Below, in pieces: positions 11,106 through 21,066 of a stretch of DNA of 41,284 nucleotides (positions are counted from its first letter, which is position 1; every line of letters starts with the position of its first letter). Location of the stretch: NCBI GenBank assembly GCA_046581755.1, contig JAYGFR010000057.1, forward strand, positions 1-41,284, given 5' to 3'. Position numbers and translations under genes: made by a program. The stretch is from Nitrospinota bacterium. GTDB lineage: Bacteria; UBA8248. The notes beneath the pieces were generated by a model, which was not told the origin of the DNA, ran no database searches, and saw nothing but the letters and a program-made list of their open reading frames with translations.

Positions 11106-13175
11106 ATGAACCGATGCCACCTTCGAATCGCAGCCCCTCTCGTTGGGGTCATGCTGGCCGCCGGCGGATGCGCCGAGGTTTCCGCGCCGATCCGCCGCGC
11201 GCCCGCCAAGGTAACGCGGGCAAAAACACCCGCCCGGTCTTTGGGACCATCCGTATCTCCGAGCCTCCCCAAACCGGTCCGGCCCGGAAGATGGGTGGCA
11301 TCCCCCCCGCCCCTACCGGAGCGCTCCCGCCGGGAACTCCGGGCGCTTCTCCGAGCCGCCCCTAAGGGGTCCCAGTCCGACGGTATTTTATATGACCTCG
11401 CCGTCCAGGATTTTACCCAGCGGCGGTTCGATACCTCCATCGGGTATCTGAAAAACCTCCATAAGCGATTCCCTCTCTCCTCCCGATACGAGGACAGCGA
11501 ATATCTCCTCGGCCTTGCCCTTCAGGCCAGCGGGAGATACCAGGCCGCCTTTCTCCCCCTCCGGGGGAGCCTGAGCCGGGAGAAAAATCCGCTGCGGCGC
11601 GGCCTGTTGCACGCGGCCCTGGGTGAGGTGTACGAGGCGCGGAAAGACCCTTACGCGGCGGTGCTCTCCTATGCCCAAGCCCTGAAGCATCACCCCGCCC
11701 TGCCCAAGGCCACCCTGCTTCGGGCCCGCGTCCTTTCCCTGGCCAAAACGGGCCTGGCTTCCCATCAGATTCAGGCCGCCGCCAAACGCTTCCGCAAGGG
11801 ACCCGCCGGGCCCATCCTGCGGCTCGAGTTCGCTCGACGCGCGGCGGCCGAAAACCGCCCCGAGACCGCCTTGGCCGCCGCGAGAATTTTTCTCAAGGAT
11901 TACCCCGGCCACCGGGATCGGCCCGAGGCGGCCAAACTGGAAAAAAATCTCCGGGATATTCTCGCCGTAAAGCAGGGCCGGGTCGGCGTCCTCCTCCCCC
12001 TTTCGGGCACCGCGGCCGCGGCCGGGGAGCGGGTTTATCAGGGGATTCAACTCGCCCTCCGGCATACCCTCGAGCGGAACCCCGAGCTGCGGCTCCAGCT
12101 GGCCGTCCGGGATACGCGAAGCACGCCCCAGACCGCCGGGAAGGCTGCGGAAAAGGCGGCCGAACTCATCGACAAGGAAAAAGTGATCGCTCTCATCGGC
12201 CCCTTTTTCACCGCCGCCACCGAAGCCGCCGCCGCCGTCGCCCACAAAAAGGGAACCCCGCTCCTGACCCCCTTCGCCATTCATTTAAACATGGAGACCA
12301 GCAGCCCGATGGTATTCCGCAATTCCTTAACCAACCGGCTCCAGAGCATCGGAATCGCCGTTTACGCGGTTCAAATTCTGGGCCTGCGGCGCTTCGCCGT
12401 CCTGTTTCCCGAGAATCGGGACGGAAGGGAGCTCGCCGAGCAGTTCTCCGACAATGTGCGAAGGCTTGGGGGACGGGTGGTGAAAATGGTTTCCTTTCCC
12501 CCCGAGACCAATGATTTCGGCGCCCAGATGCGGGCGCTGGGCGGGCTGTCGGACGCCCAGGTGAGGCGGCGCAAGAGGGCCCTGGGCCTCGGGAAAAATG
12601 CCCCTTATCACTTCAATCTCGAGTTCGAGGCGCTCTTCGTTCCCGCCTACCACGAGAAGGCCGTTCTCATCGCGCCCCAGGTCCCCTTCTACAATATGCG
12701 CGGGATCCGCCTCCTCGGCGGGCGTGGATGGAACAACCGCGATCTCATCCGGTACGGAGAAAAATACGTGGATCAGGCCATATTCGTGGATGGCTTTTTC
12801 TCGGATTCGACCGAGCCCCGGGTGGTTCGCTTCGTCAACGAGTTCAACCGGCTGTTCGGCCGGAAACCCGACATATTCTCCGCGCTCGGCTATGACGCCG
12901 CGATGATCATCTTCTCGGGCCTGACCCAGGGCGGAACGACGCGGAATGCAATGCGCTCCTACCTCGGCCGCCTGAAAAGTTTCGAAGGAATCATGGGCCT
13001 GACCGACATGGGGCCCGACGGGGACACGAAACGCCAGCTTTTCGTCCTGACGGTCAAGAAGCGGCGCATCGAACATCTTCAGATGGTGACCCCCCACCGC
13101 ATCGTCAACCCGGTGGACGGCGCTCCCCTCATCGTCGATAAAGATCCGCTCCAGTCCGCCCCCCGGCGCCCCTAG
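11106..13175 (+). CDS. LpoA-like lipoprotein (TPR plus periplasmic-binding-protein fold; penicillin-binding protein activator family)
   Basis: Lipobox-like MLAAGGC, TPR-like helices, VGVLLPLSG, IGP, FEALFVP, IAPQ, ALGYDA. Start reset to ATG 11106. Confidence 0.75.
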   Translation: MNRCHLRIAAPLVGVMLAAGGCAEVSAPIRRAPAKVTRAKTPARSLGPSVSPSLPKPVRPGRWVASPPPLPERSRRELRALLRAAPKGSQSDGILYDLAVQDFTQRRFDTSIGYLKNLHKRFPLSSRYEDSEYLLGLALQASGRYQAAFLPLRGSLSREKNPLRRGLLHAALGEVYEARKDPYAAVLSYAQALKHHPALPKATLLRARVLSLAKTGLASHQIQAAAKRFRKGPAGPILRLEFARRAAAENRPETALAAARIFLKDYPGHRDRPEAAKLEKNLRDILAVKQGRVGVLLPLSGTAAAAGERVYQGIQLALRHTLERNPELRLQLAVRDTRSTPQTAGKAAEKAAELIDKEKVIALIGPFFTAATEAAAAVAHKKGTPLLTPFAIHLNMETSSPMVFRNSLTNRLQSIGIAVYAVQILGLRRFAVLFPENRDGRELAEQFSDNVRRLGGRVVKMVSFPPETNDFGAQMRALGGLSDAQVRRRKRALGLGKNAPYHFNLEFEALFVPAYHEKAVLIAPQVPFYNMRGIRLLGGRGWNNRDLIRYGEKYVDQAIFVDGFFSDSTEPRVVRFVNEFNRLFGRKPDIFSALGYDAAMIIFSGLTQGGTTRNAMRSYLGRLKSFEGIMGLTDMGPDGDTKRQLFVLTVKKRRIEHLQMVTPHRIVNPVDGAPLIVDKDPLQSAPRRP

Positions 13176-13410
13176 ATGTGGAACCCGCCCCTAGCTTGGA
13201 ATCGCAGATTGGTCCCCCTATTCTCGCCGGTGCCAACCGGCTGGAGGTGAAAAAAATCTCCTCCAACTCCCGAAACTTCCCTCTCGGCGCACATTTCCTC
13301 CTTTGCCGGCGGACCTTCCCGCCAGCGCGTGAAACATATCGCCTCTTGCCCAATTGACCACTACAAGAAATTCGCGGAGGCGCCGGGAAATGCTACCGGC
13401 GGCGGCTCTA

Positions 13411-16116
13411 TTAACCGCCCCCCCCGCCCGAGCGAAAGGGATCGAACGTGGGCGCGGCGCGGCGCCCCGGGCGGGGTTTTTGCCGGGAGGGAATCGTGGT
13501 GATTATATCTCCGATCACGCGCGATGGCTTGGAGGCACCCTTCGGGGGGGCGGCATCTTCCCTGAAATATCTCGAAACGCTCTTCTTTTTTCTTCTCGAA
13601 CCCGGCGATACGCTCGACGGCTCCGAACCCCTGACGAACACCTGGCGCACAGACCCCTCGGTCCCGCGCGGCACCCGAATCCCGGTATAGGGGTTGATCG
13701 TAATAAACTCCACCTTGCCCGGCCGCCGGAAACGCCGTCTGGGAAGCCCCTCGTGCACCGCCTCGGTAATGTCCATCCATATCGGAAGCGCCGCGCGCGA
13801 GCCGGTTTCCAGCCTTCCCAGCGACGATTTATCGTCCATGCCGACCCATACCCCCGTGGAATACTGGGGGGAGACGCCGACGAACCACGCATCCTGATAG
13901 TCGTTCGTCGTCCCCGTCTTCCCCGCCAGGGGCCGACCCAGCCGCTTGGCCTTTATCGCCGTTCCCGATTGAATCACGTTCCGGAGAAGACTGAGCATCA
14001 CGTACGCTTCTTCGGGGGGGATGGATTGGATCTCGGCCGGCTTCGCGTTCCAGATCGATTTGCCTTCCGAGTTTTCCACCCAACGAATGATATGGGGCTC
14101 CACGCGGCGACCCTGGTTCGCCAACGTCGCATAGAGGGAGGTGAGTTCGAGGAGGGTGATGCCGCTCGACCCCAGGGCAATGGAGAGGTTCGCCTGAAGC
14201 GGAGAGCGGATGCCGAAATCCCGGGCCCGTTTGATTACTTTCGCTACGCCAACGGCGTTCGCGAGCTTCACGGTAACCACGTTTCTCGACCGGGTCAAAG
14301 CCTCCCGGAGGGTTGTGGGACCGTAAAATATTCCCTCGAAATTGGTGGGTTTCCAATAACCCCGGGTGCCGTTTTGAGGAAAAATAATCGGCGTGTCCAT
14401 GATGATATCCGAAGGCGTCCAGCCGTCGCTGAGCGCGGCCGAGTAAACCACGGGCTTGAATGCCGACCCCGGAGGGCGGACGGCCTGATAGGCGCGGTTG
14501 AACTGGCTCCGCTCGAAATCGTACCCGCCCACCATCGCCCGGATGGCGCCCGACTCCGGTTTTGTCACCAGGGCCGCCCCTTGCACCTTGGGTTCCTGGA
14601 CCAGGGCCACGGGGACAGGCTTGCCCCGGGCGCCATCGTCCATCTTCTCCCTCTCCAATCGCTCGACGAGAACCACATCCCCGCGCCGGAGGATGTCCCT
14701 GAAATCCTCGAGTTTGGTCCCGGTCCAGTTCTTCCGGGGATCGAACGGCCGCGCCCATTCCGAATCGTCGAGGCGAAGGACCGCGGGCCCCCTCTTCAGC
14801 CGGAGCTTGGCCTCATCTTCGTTTAAATCGGCCACGACCGCCGGCATCCAACGGCCCGTCCGGAACTCCCGCCGGTGGTCGCGGCCTCCCATCAACTTGG
14901 CGACCATCCGCCATATCCGCTCCCGGGGCCACCTCAAATCGACCGATCCGATAGGCCCCCGGTACCCCCGGCGCCGATCCAGGGAAAGGATTCCTTTTCT
15001 GACCGAGGCGTTCACATCCTGTTGGATGCCCCTTTGAATGGTGGTGTACACCTTCAGCCCGCCCCGGTAGAGCATGGCGCCGCCGAACAGGCGCTCCAAT
15101 CTCCGGCGGACGAATTCCACCGCGTAATCGGTCACTCCCCGTCCGGGCAATTTTTTCACCAGGCGAATGGGCGACACCTCGGCCCGCGCCCAATCCCGTG
15201 GGGTGATGAAATTCTCGTCTATCATCCGGCGGAGCACATGCGCCCGGCGGCGAAGCGCGCGCCGGTAGGATTTGAACGGGGAGTAAAACGAGGGCGCCCG
15301 GGGAAGCCCCGCCAGGAGAGCCGCCTCCGCCAACGTGAGCGATTCCGCGTTTTTCCCGAAATACACCCGTGCGGCCGCCTCGATGCCGTAGGCTCCCTCG
15401 CCGAAGTAAATTTGATTCAGATAAAGGGTCAGAATTTCACGTTTACTGAAAGTCCGCTCGATGCGGACGGCGAGGATGGCCTCCCGAATCTTTCGGTCGA
15501 TGGACCGGACGGGACTGAGGAACATCGATTTGGCCAGCTGCTGGGTAATCGTGCTCCCGCCCTCGACCATTCTCCAGCCGATAATGTTTTTCACCGCCGC
15601 GCGGACAATGCCGATCACGTCAACGCCGGGGTGATCCTCGAAGCGGGCGTCCTCGGTCGCCAGAATGGCCTTGATCACCACATCGGGAATCTGGTCCAGC
15701 GTAACGAGAAACCGCCGCTCGACATAAAACTCCCGGAGGAGGCTTCCGCTCCGATCGAAGACCCGGGTCACCAGGCTCGGCTTATGCTTCCTGAGGACGC
15801 TGACGTCGGGAAGGTCGGAGGCCACGTTTTGGTAATAATAAATTCCCACCCCGGTCGCGGCGACTCCGCCCAGAACCGCGACCAGCAAAACAAAGGAGAG
15901 CGAAAAACGCACAAACCGGCGGAACACACGGAAAACTCTCCGCGATCCCAGTGAAAATGCTCTCCGCCTCTGGCCCGGCGGCCGGCGGCCGGCCCGGGGG
16001 GGCCTCGCCTGGGCGGGAAGCTTCCGGCCCTTGGATGCGGAGGCGCCGACCGACCGAAGCCTCCGGTGGGTCTGCGATGGTTGGGTGCGGGCCCTGGCCC
16101 GGCGCCGTTTGGGCAT
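13411..16116 (-). CDS. mrcA: Penicillin-binding protein 1A (bifunctional transglycosylase/transpeptidase)
   Basis: EDARFEDHPG, GGSTITQQLAK, RKIRE, YLNQIYFG, GSAFKP (SxxK), SRN, GKTGT. The exact start is uncertain. Confidence 0.93.
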   Translation of the reverse strand: MPKRRRARARTQPSQTHRRLRSVGASASKGRKLPAQARPPRAGRRPPGQRRRAFSLGSRRVFRVFRRFVRFSLSFVLLVAVLGGVAATGVGIYYYQNVASDLPDVSVLRKHKPSLVTRVFDRSGSLLREFYVERRFLVTLDQIPDVVIKAILATEDARFEDHPGVDVIGIVRAAVKNIIGWRMVEGGSTITQQLAKSMFLSPVRSIDRKIREAILAVRIERTFSKREILTLYLNQIYFGEGAYGIEAAARVYFGKNAESLTLAEAALLAGLPRAPSFYSPFKSYRRALRRRAHVLRRMIDENFITPRDWARAEVSPIRLVKKLPGRGVTDYAVEFVRRRLERLFGGAMLYRGGLKVYTTIQRGIQQDVNASVRKGILSLDRRRGYRGPIGSVDLRWPRERIWRMVAKLMGGRDHRREFRTGRWMPAVVADLNEDEAKLRLKRGPAVLRLDDSEWARPFDPRKNWTGTKLEDFRDILRRGDVVLVERLEREKMDDGARGKPVPVALVQEPKVQGAALVTKPESGAIRAMVGGYDFERSQFNRAYQAVRPPGSAFKPVVYSAALSDGWTPSDIIMDTPIIFPQNGTRGYWKPTNFEGIFYGPTTLREALTRSRNVVTVKLANAVGVAKVIKRARDFGIRSPLQANLSIALGSSGITLLELTSLYATLANQGRRVEPHIIRWVENSEGKSIWNAKPAEIQSIPPEEAYVMLSLLRNVIQSGTAIKAKRLGRPLAGKTGTTNDYQDAWFVGVSPQYSTGVWVGMDDKSSLGRLETGSRAALPIWMDITEAVHEGLPRRRFRRPGKVEFITINPYTGIRVPRGTEGSVRQVFVRGSEPSSVSPGSRRKKKSVSRYFREDAAPPKGASKPSRVIGDIITTIPSRQKPRPGRRAAPTFDPFRSGGGGG

Positions 16117-16171
16117 TGCCTTCGTATACCCCCGCCAACGGGAAAGAGGCGATCAAGACGCCACTGAATAA

Positions 16172-16957
16172 TTAAATCTGCACCGATCCGCATGAAATGG
16201 TAAACGCCTGGCCGGTGATTCCCCCGGCCGCGCCGCTGGCCAGATACACCGCCATGGCCGCGATTTCGGAGGGATCGAGAAACCGCTTCATCGGGATACT
16301 TTCCCGGAACATGTTCATGGTTTCCTCCTCGCTGCGCCCGTCTCCGGAGATCCGAGCGAAATCGCTTTTGGCATCGGATATCATCCGCGTATCGACGAAA
16401 CCCGGACAAATCGCATTTACGGTCACTCCGCTGCCGGCCACCTCGAGCGCCACCGAGCGCACGAAGCCGATCACCCCGTGCTTGGCCGCGTGATAGGCGC
16501 TCCGGTAGGCCCCGCCAACCTTTCCCGAAACCGAGCTCATGGCGATGACCCGGCCCCAGCCCCGCTCGGCCATCGGGCCGATGGCGGCGCGAGTCGCCCA
16601 GAAAACACCGCTCAGGTTGACCCGGAGGGTCTCCTCCCACATCTCGTCGGTCGTTTCGCCCACCGCCGCGTGGCGCATCATGCCCGCATTGGCGACCAGA
16701 ACATCGATCCCCCCCCCGAGGCGGGCGGCGGCTTCATCCACAGCGGCGGCGACATCATCCGAGCGGCCCGCGTCGCACCTCAAGGCGGCACCCCGGGTCC
16801 CGAAGGCCTCGATTTCGGCAGCCACCGAATCGATTTCCGCCCCGGTGCGGGCCAACACGGCGACATCGGCCCCCTCTTCCGCAAAGGCCAGGGCGATGGC
16901 GCGGCCGATGCCGCGGCCTCCCCCCGTCACGAGTGCCCGCCTTCCCTTAAGCCGCAT
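16172..16957 (-). CDS. Short-chain dehydrogenase/reductase
   Basis: TGGGRGIG, NAG, YHAAK, VNAICPG. Confidence 0.9.
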   Translation of the reverse strand: MRLKGRRALVTGGGRGIGRAIALAFAEEGADVAVLARTGAEIDSVAAEIEAFGTRGAALRCDAGRSDDVAAAVDEAAARLGGGIDVLVANAGMMRHAAVGETTDEMWEETLRVNLSGVFWATRAAIGPMAERGWGRVIAMSSVSGKVGGAYRSAYHAAKHGVIGFVRSVALEVAGSGVTVNAICPGFVDTRMISDAKSDFARISGDGRSEEETMNMFRESIPMKRFLDPSEIAAMAVYLASGAAGGITGQAFTISCGSVQI

Positions 16958-18077
16958 GAAGGCTCTCCGGCTCCGCCCGATTCGCCGCCGCGCCGGAGCG
17001 GCCAGGGGTTTTCAGGCCTCGCTCCTCCATGGCGCTCTCAAAAAACCGAGCCGTCGCCGACATGACGGCCTCGATGGCCTCGAGGCGGTTGACCGCCTCC
17101 CGGAAAGCGGCGCTTCCGGAGATTCCCTTGGTATAGGCCGCCAGATGCTTTCGGCCGTTGAGCACGGCCTGCCGCTCGCCCAGAAGCTCGACCAAGCCGC
17201 GCAAATGGCGCAGCGTCATTTCCAATCGCTCGCGCATGGACGGGGGCGGCGGGAGCTCGCCCGTTCTTACCCATTGGGTGAGCCTGGAAAATATCCAGGG
17301 ATTGCCGATGGCTCCGCGCCCGATCATGAGGCCGTCCACGCCCGTTGCCTCGATCATGCGGATGGCGTCACCGGGCGTGAGGATGCTCCCGTTTCCCAGC
17401 ACCGGAACCGAGACCGCGCGCTTGACGAGGGCAATCGTCTCCATATCCACCCCGCCCGAGAAGAAGGCCTGGCGAGTCCGGCCATGAACCGTGATGGCGG
17501 CGGCGCCGGCGTCCTCGACCGTGCGCGCGAAGCGCTCGGCATCATTTTTCCCGACGGTGTCCCAGCCCGTGCGCATCTTGACGGTCACCGGCTTGCGGAC
17601 CGAGCGGACCATCGAGGCGACCACCTCGCCCGCGCGATCGGGGTTGCAGAGCAAGGCAGAGCCGGCCTGATTTTTCGTGATTTTCTTGACCGGACACCCG
17701 CAGTTGAGATCGACGATATCCGCCCCGGCCTCCTCGACCATCGCCGCCGCCTCGCCCATTTGGACGGGATCGGCCCCGAACAACTGGATCGAGACCGGCT
17801 TCTCGGCGGCTTCGCTCTTCATGATGGCATATGTTTTTTCATGCCGCCGGACGAGGGCCTGGCTGCTCACCATCTCGGTGCAAACCATGGCCGCCCCTTG
17901 GCCCGATACCAGGCGGCGGAAGGGCAGATTGGTGTAGCCGGCCATGGGCGCCATCACGAGGCGACCGCTCAAGCGCACCCCCCCGATTTCGAGCGGCGAA
18001 TCGTATCCGCGCGGCGCGGGGGGAACGTCCTCCAACACCATTTCAGCTTCGGGCGGTCCGGCCTCATCAGGACGCAT
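16947..18077 (-). CDS. dusB: tRNA-dihydrouridine synthase B
   Basis: MAPMAG, TEMV, QLFG, DLNCGCP, GSALL, VTVKMR.GWD, TVHGRTR, MIGRGA.GNPWIF. The true start may be a little downstream. Confidence 0.92.
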   Translation of the reverse strand: MRPDEAGPPEAEMVLEDVPPAPRGYDSPLEIGGVRLSGRLVMAPMAGYTNLPFRRLVSGQGAAMVCTEMVSSQALVRRHEKTYAIMKSEAAEKPVSIQLFGADPVQMGEAAAMVEEAGADIVDLNCGCPVKKITKNQAGSALLCNPDRAGEVVASMVRSVRKPVTVKMRTGWDTVGKNDAERFARTVEDAGAAAITVHGRTRQAFFSGGVDMETIALVKRAVSVPVLGNGSILTPGDAIRMIEATGVDGLMIGRGAIGNPWIFSRLTQWVRTGELPPPPSMRERLEMTLRHLRGLVELLGERQAVLNGRKHLAAYTKGISGSAAFREAVNRLEAIEAVMSATARFFESAMEERGLKTPGRSGAAANRAEPESLHAA

Positions 18078-18125
18078 CGGAAAATCCTTTAATATTCATG
18101 TGGCAATACATTGCAATAAATTGTT

Positions 18126-19262
18126 TTAAAGCTCCCACGCCGGGTCAGCGTCCATCTCCAGGAAATCCCGAAAGGCGCCGGCCCCATTCCGGAGGAGCGA
18201 ATAGCCTCCCGCGCAGGCGATCATCGCGGCGTTATCGGTGCAATACCGCCTCGCGGGCAGGTGCAGCGACCAGCCGGATTCGGTCGCGCGCTCCTTCAGG
18301 CGGTCCCTCAGCAGGCTGTTGCTCGCCACCCCGCCGCTCAACGATACCGCCCCCAGCCCCTCGGCGCGGGCGGCGCTGTCTACCTTTTCCACCAGGACCT
18401 CCACCGCCGCCTCCTGGAACCCGGCTGCCACCGATTTCACCACCTCGGGCGGGATTTCCTGAGGGCGCGCCCAGGGGGGAAGCTCAGGGTCGCTCCGGTA
18501 ATACCCATTATCCTTCAAATAGTATAACACAGCCGTTTTCAATCCACTGAAGCTAAATTGATAAGGTCGATCCTCAAGAAACGGCCTCGGCAATTTCAGC
18601 GGTTCCGCCTCGCTTCCCATCTCTTCGCGGAACTCCCGGTGCAGGCGGTCAATGGTGGCCCCTCCCGGATAGCCCAGGCCCATCGTAGCCGCCACCTTGT
18701 CGAAGGCCTCTCCGACAGCATCGTCCAGCGTCCCGCCCAGATGCCGGACGCTTCCGCCGCCCTCGGCGCGAAACAGATCCGTATGCCCGCCCGAGGCGAC
18801 AAACGCCAGATAGGGAGCCGGGGGAGGTCCGCCCATGGCCCCGGACGCGGCTTCTCCCCCCTGCCCGGGAGGAGGGTTGTCCAGCCAGAGGGAATGAATA
18901 TGGCCATCCAGATGGTGGACCCCGACCAAGGGGAGCCCCCTGCCCCATGAGAGGGCCTTTGCCGCCGATAGCCCGACCAGAAGCGCCACCACCAAGCCGG
19001 GCCCCCGCGTGACCGCCACACCATCGATGTCGGCGAGCCCCACTCCGCCATCCTCCAACGCGGCGCGGATCACCGGATCGATCATCTCCAGATGCCTCCT
19101 GGAAGCCAGTTCGGGCACTACCCCTCCGAAGCGGCTGTGAATATCCTCCTGGGAGGCGACGACGTTGGAGAGAACGCGGGGCGGCGCGTCATTCCCGCCC
19201 GGAAAAAAGAGGACGGCGGCGGCCGTCTCATCGCAACTCGACTCGATTCCTAAAACGTGCAA
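18126..19262 (-). CDS. tsaD: tRNA N6-adenosine threonylcarbamoyltransferase
   Basis: VLGIESSCDETAAA, GGVVPELASRRH, GPGL, HHLDGH, SGGHT, DDAVGEAFDK, FSFSGLKT, CTDNAAMI. TTG start. Confidence 0.96.
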   Translation of the reverse strand: MHVLGIESSCDETAAAVLFFPGGNDAPPRVLSNVVASQEDIHSRFGGVVPELASRRHLEMIDPVIRAALEDGGVGLADIDGVAVTRGPGLVVALLVGLSAAKALSWGRGLPLVGVHHLDGHIHSLWLDNPPPGQGGEAASGAMGGPPPAPYLAFVASGGHTDLFRAEGGGSVRHLGGTLDDAVGEAFDKVAATMGLGYPGGATIDRLHREFREEMGSEAEPLKLPRPFLEDRPYQFSFSGLKTAVLYYLKDNGYYRSDPELPPWARPQEIPPEVVKSVAAGFQEAAVEVLVEKVDSAARAEGLGAVSLSGGVASNSLLRDRLKERATESGWSLHLPARRYCTDNAAMIACAGGYSLLRNGAGAFRDFLEMDADPAWEL

Positions 19263-19293
19263 CTCCGCCGCCTCCCGCTCAGCCTTCGGCCTT

Positions 19294-19349
19294 CCTTCAC
19301 CCTACATTTGGCCTTCACCATACGTCTGGCCTTCATCACATGTTCAGCC
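19294..19349. repeat. Imperfect 18-bp tandem repeat x3
   Basis: CCTTCACCCTACATTTGG / CCTTCACCATACGTCTGG / CCTTCATCACATGTTCAG. Confidence 0.7.
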
Positions 19350-19485
19350 AATAAATTTAGCCGCCTGAATTTCGCGGCCATCCCGAATATGCACGGAAAT
19401 TTTGGCCACCGTCCTCCGGGCGGCAATCCTGCCCCGGATTTTACCGGCCAATCCTGGTTCCAGGGCCCCACAGGGGAGAGTCCGC

Positions 19486-19519
19486 GCCCTGCCTCCAGTG
19501 AGGCCCTACCTCCAGTGAG
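19486..19519. repeat. 17-bp tandem duplication GCCCT(G/A)CCTCCAGTGAG
   Basis: Copies at 19486-19502 and 19503-19519 with one mismatch. Confidence 0.8.
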
Positions 19520-19691
19520 GAGGATACGGGCAACGGGCAAGAGGTGGGCACTGATAGAGGAGCCGGGGCTCCTTCGATGGGCCAATCCCATGGGCTGAAA
19601 CGGGCCGCACGGCGGGCAGGGCCGGGAAACCGGGTAATATCGCCCGGCTCATCCCCCCCCGGCGCCGGGGCCCGAATGCGATCCCGGACTT

Positions 19692-21023
19692 TTATGCGCC
19701 CGATTCTTGGCTCTTCCCGGCCCGGTTCCCCTTGAGTAGATATTCGATCGCCCGCTCCAGTTGGACATCCTTCACATTCTTTCGGCTCGCGCGCGGCCCG
19801 GCAAGGATGCCCGGGGCCTTCAACGATGGCTTTCCGGACTTGATTCCCTTTCTCTCGTCCTCGCTCGGCAGATGACGGGGAAGGTCCTTCTCCCGGATGA
19901 TGCGGCGCTGGCGGGAGAGCGCACGGGGGGTGGCCACGACGACATCGGGATCGATTCCCTTTCCCTGAATCAGCCGGCCCCTGGGCGTGTAGTAGAGGGC
20001 CGTCGTCAAGCGCAGGCCCGAGCCGTCCGTCAGGGGGACGATGGTCTGGACGGACCCTTTTCCGAAAGTCTTCTCACCCATGATGGTGCCCCGTTTCAGG
20101 TCCTGAAGTGCACCGGCCACGATCTCCGAGGCGCTGGCGCTTCCGGGGTTAACGAGAACGACGAGGGGCATATTGTAATGTGCATCTTGCTCGGTTGAGG
20201 TGTAGCGGTTCTGCTGAACCGGAATCCGGCCCTTGGTATAGACGATGAGCTGGCCCGGCTTGAGAAAAAGGTTGGAGACCGAAACCGCCTGGGAGAGCAG
20301 CCCGCCCGGATTGTTCCGCAAATCCAGAACGAGGCCGTTGACATCCTCCTCATGGAATTTCCTGACGGCCTTCTTCACCTCGGCGCCCGTCGAGGACTGG
20401 AAGCTCCGGATGCGGACATAGCCGATGCCGCCGCGGAGCTTTCGCGTCCGAACGCTCTTGATGCGGACAACCTCGCGCGTGATGGTGAATTTGAGGGGCT
20501 TCGGGGCTCCTTTTCGAAAGACAGTGATCGTCACCTTGGTGTTCGGCCTCCCGCGAAGCAGGCGAACGGCGCCTTGCAGGTTCATCTCCTTGGTGCTTTT
20601 CCCCTCGATTTCGATGATTTGGTCGCCCGCTTTGATGCCCACCCGGAAGGCGGGGGTGTCCTCGATGGGCGTGACCACCGTCAGGATGCCGCCCCGAATG
20701 GTGATCTCGATGCCAAGGCCCACGAAGCGGCCCGATGTCTCGACCCGCATCTCTTTGTAGAATTCGGGAGACATGTAGCTCGTATGCGGATCGAGGGTGC
20801 GGAGCAATCCCCGGATGGCTCCCCGGATGAGCTTCTTGCCCTCCACCTTGTTGACGTAGTTGGACTCGACCAGATGAAGAATTTCGGTGAACGTCCGCAA
20901 CTCCGGATAGGTAGTGTTCTCCCGCGCGGCCAAATTTCCCAAGGGTCCAACGGCCATTCCGACGGCCAGCCCTCCCGCCGCCAACCAGAGCAGCCAACCA
21001 CCCAACCGACGCTTATTTGTCAT
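19692..21023 (-). CDS. ctpA: Carboxyl-terminal processing protease (S41A)
   Basis: LDPHTSY, PDZ GLGIEI, LDLRNNPGGLL, GSASASEIVAGALQD, TFGKGSVQ. Start reset to ATG 21023 with RBS. Confidence 0.93.
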   Translation of the reverse strand: MTNKRRLGGWLLWLAAGGLAVGMAVGPLGNLAARENTTYPELRTFTEILHLVESNYVNKVEGKKLIRGAIRGLLRTLDPHTSYMSPEFYKEMRVETSGRFVGLGIEITIRGGILTVVTPIEDTPAFRVGIKAGDQIIEIEGKSTKEMNLQGAVRLLRGRPNTKVTITVFRKGAPKPLKFTITREVVRIKSVRTRKLRGGIGYVRIRSFQSSTGAEVKKAVRKFHEEDVNGLVLDLRNNPGGLLSQAVSVSNLFLKPGQLIVYTKGRIPVQQNRYTSTEQDAHYNMPLVVLVNPGSASASEIVAGALQDLKRGTIMGEKTFGKGSVQTIVPLTDGSGLRLTTALYYTPRGRLIQGKGIDPDVVVATPRALSRQRRIIREKDLPRHLPSEDERKGIKSGKPSLKAPGILAGPRASRKNVKDVQLERAIEYLLKGNRAGKSQESGA

Positions 21024-21066
21024 TATCCTTACTCCCAAAAATGCGGCCCGCAGCCAACCTGTGGTT

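Noticed and set aside
13176..13410. ncRNA or tRNA between the LpoA-like gene and mrcA
   Set aside because: Only short hairpins (e.g. TGGAGG…CCTCCA). I see no cloverleaf or recognisable RNA family.
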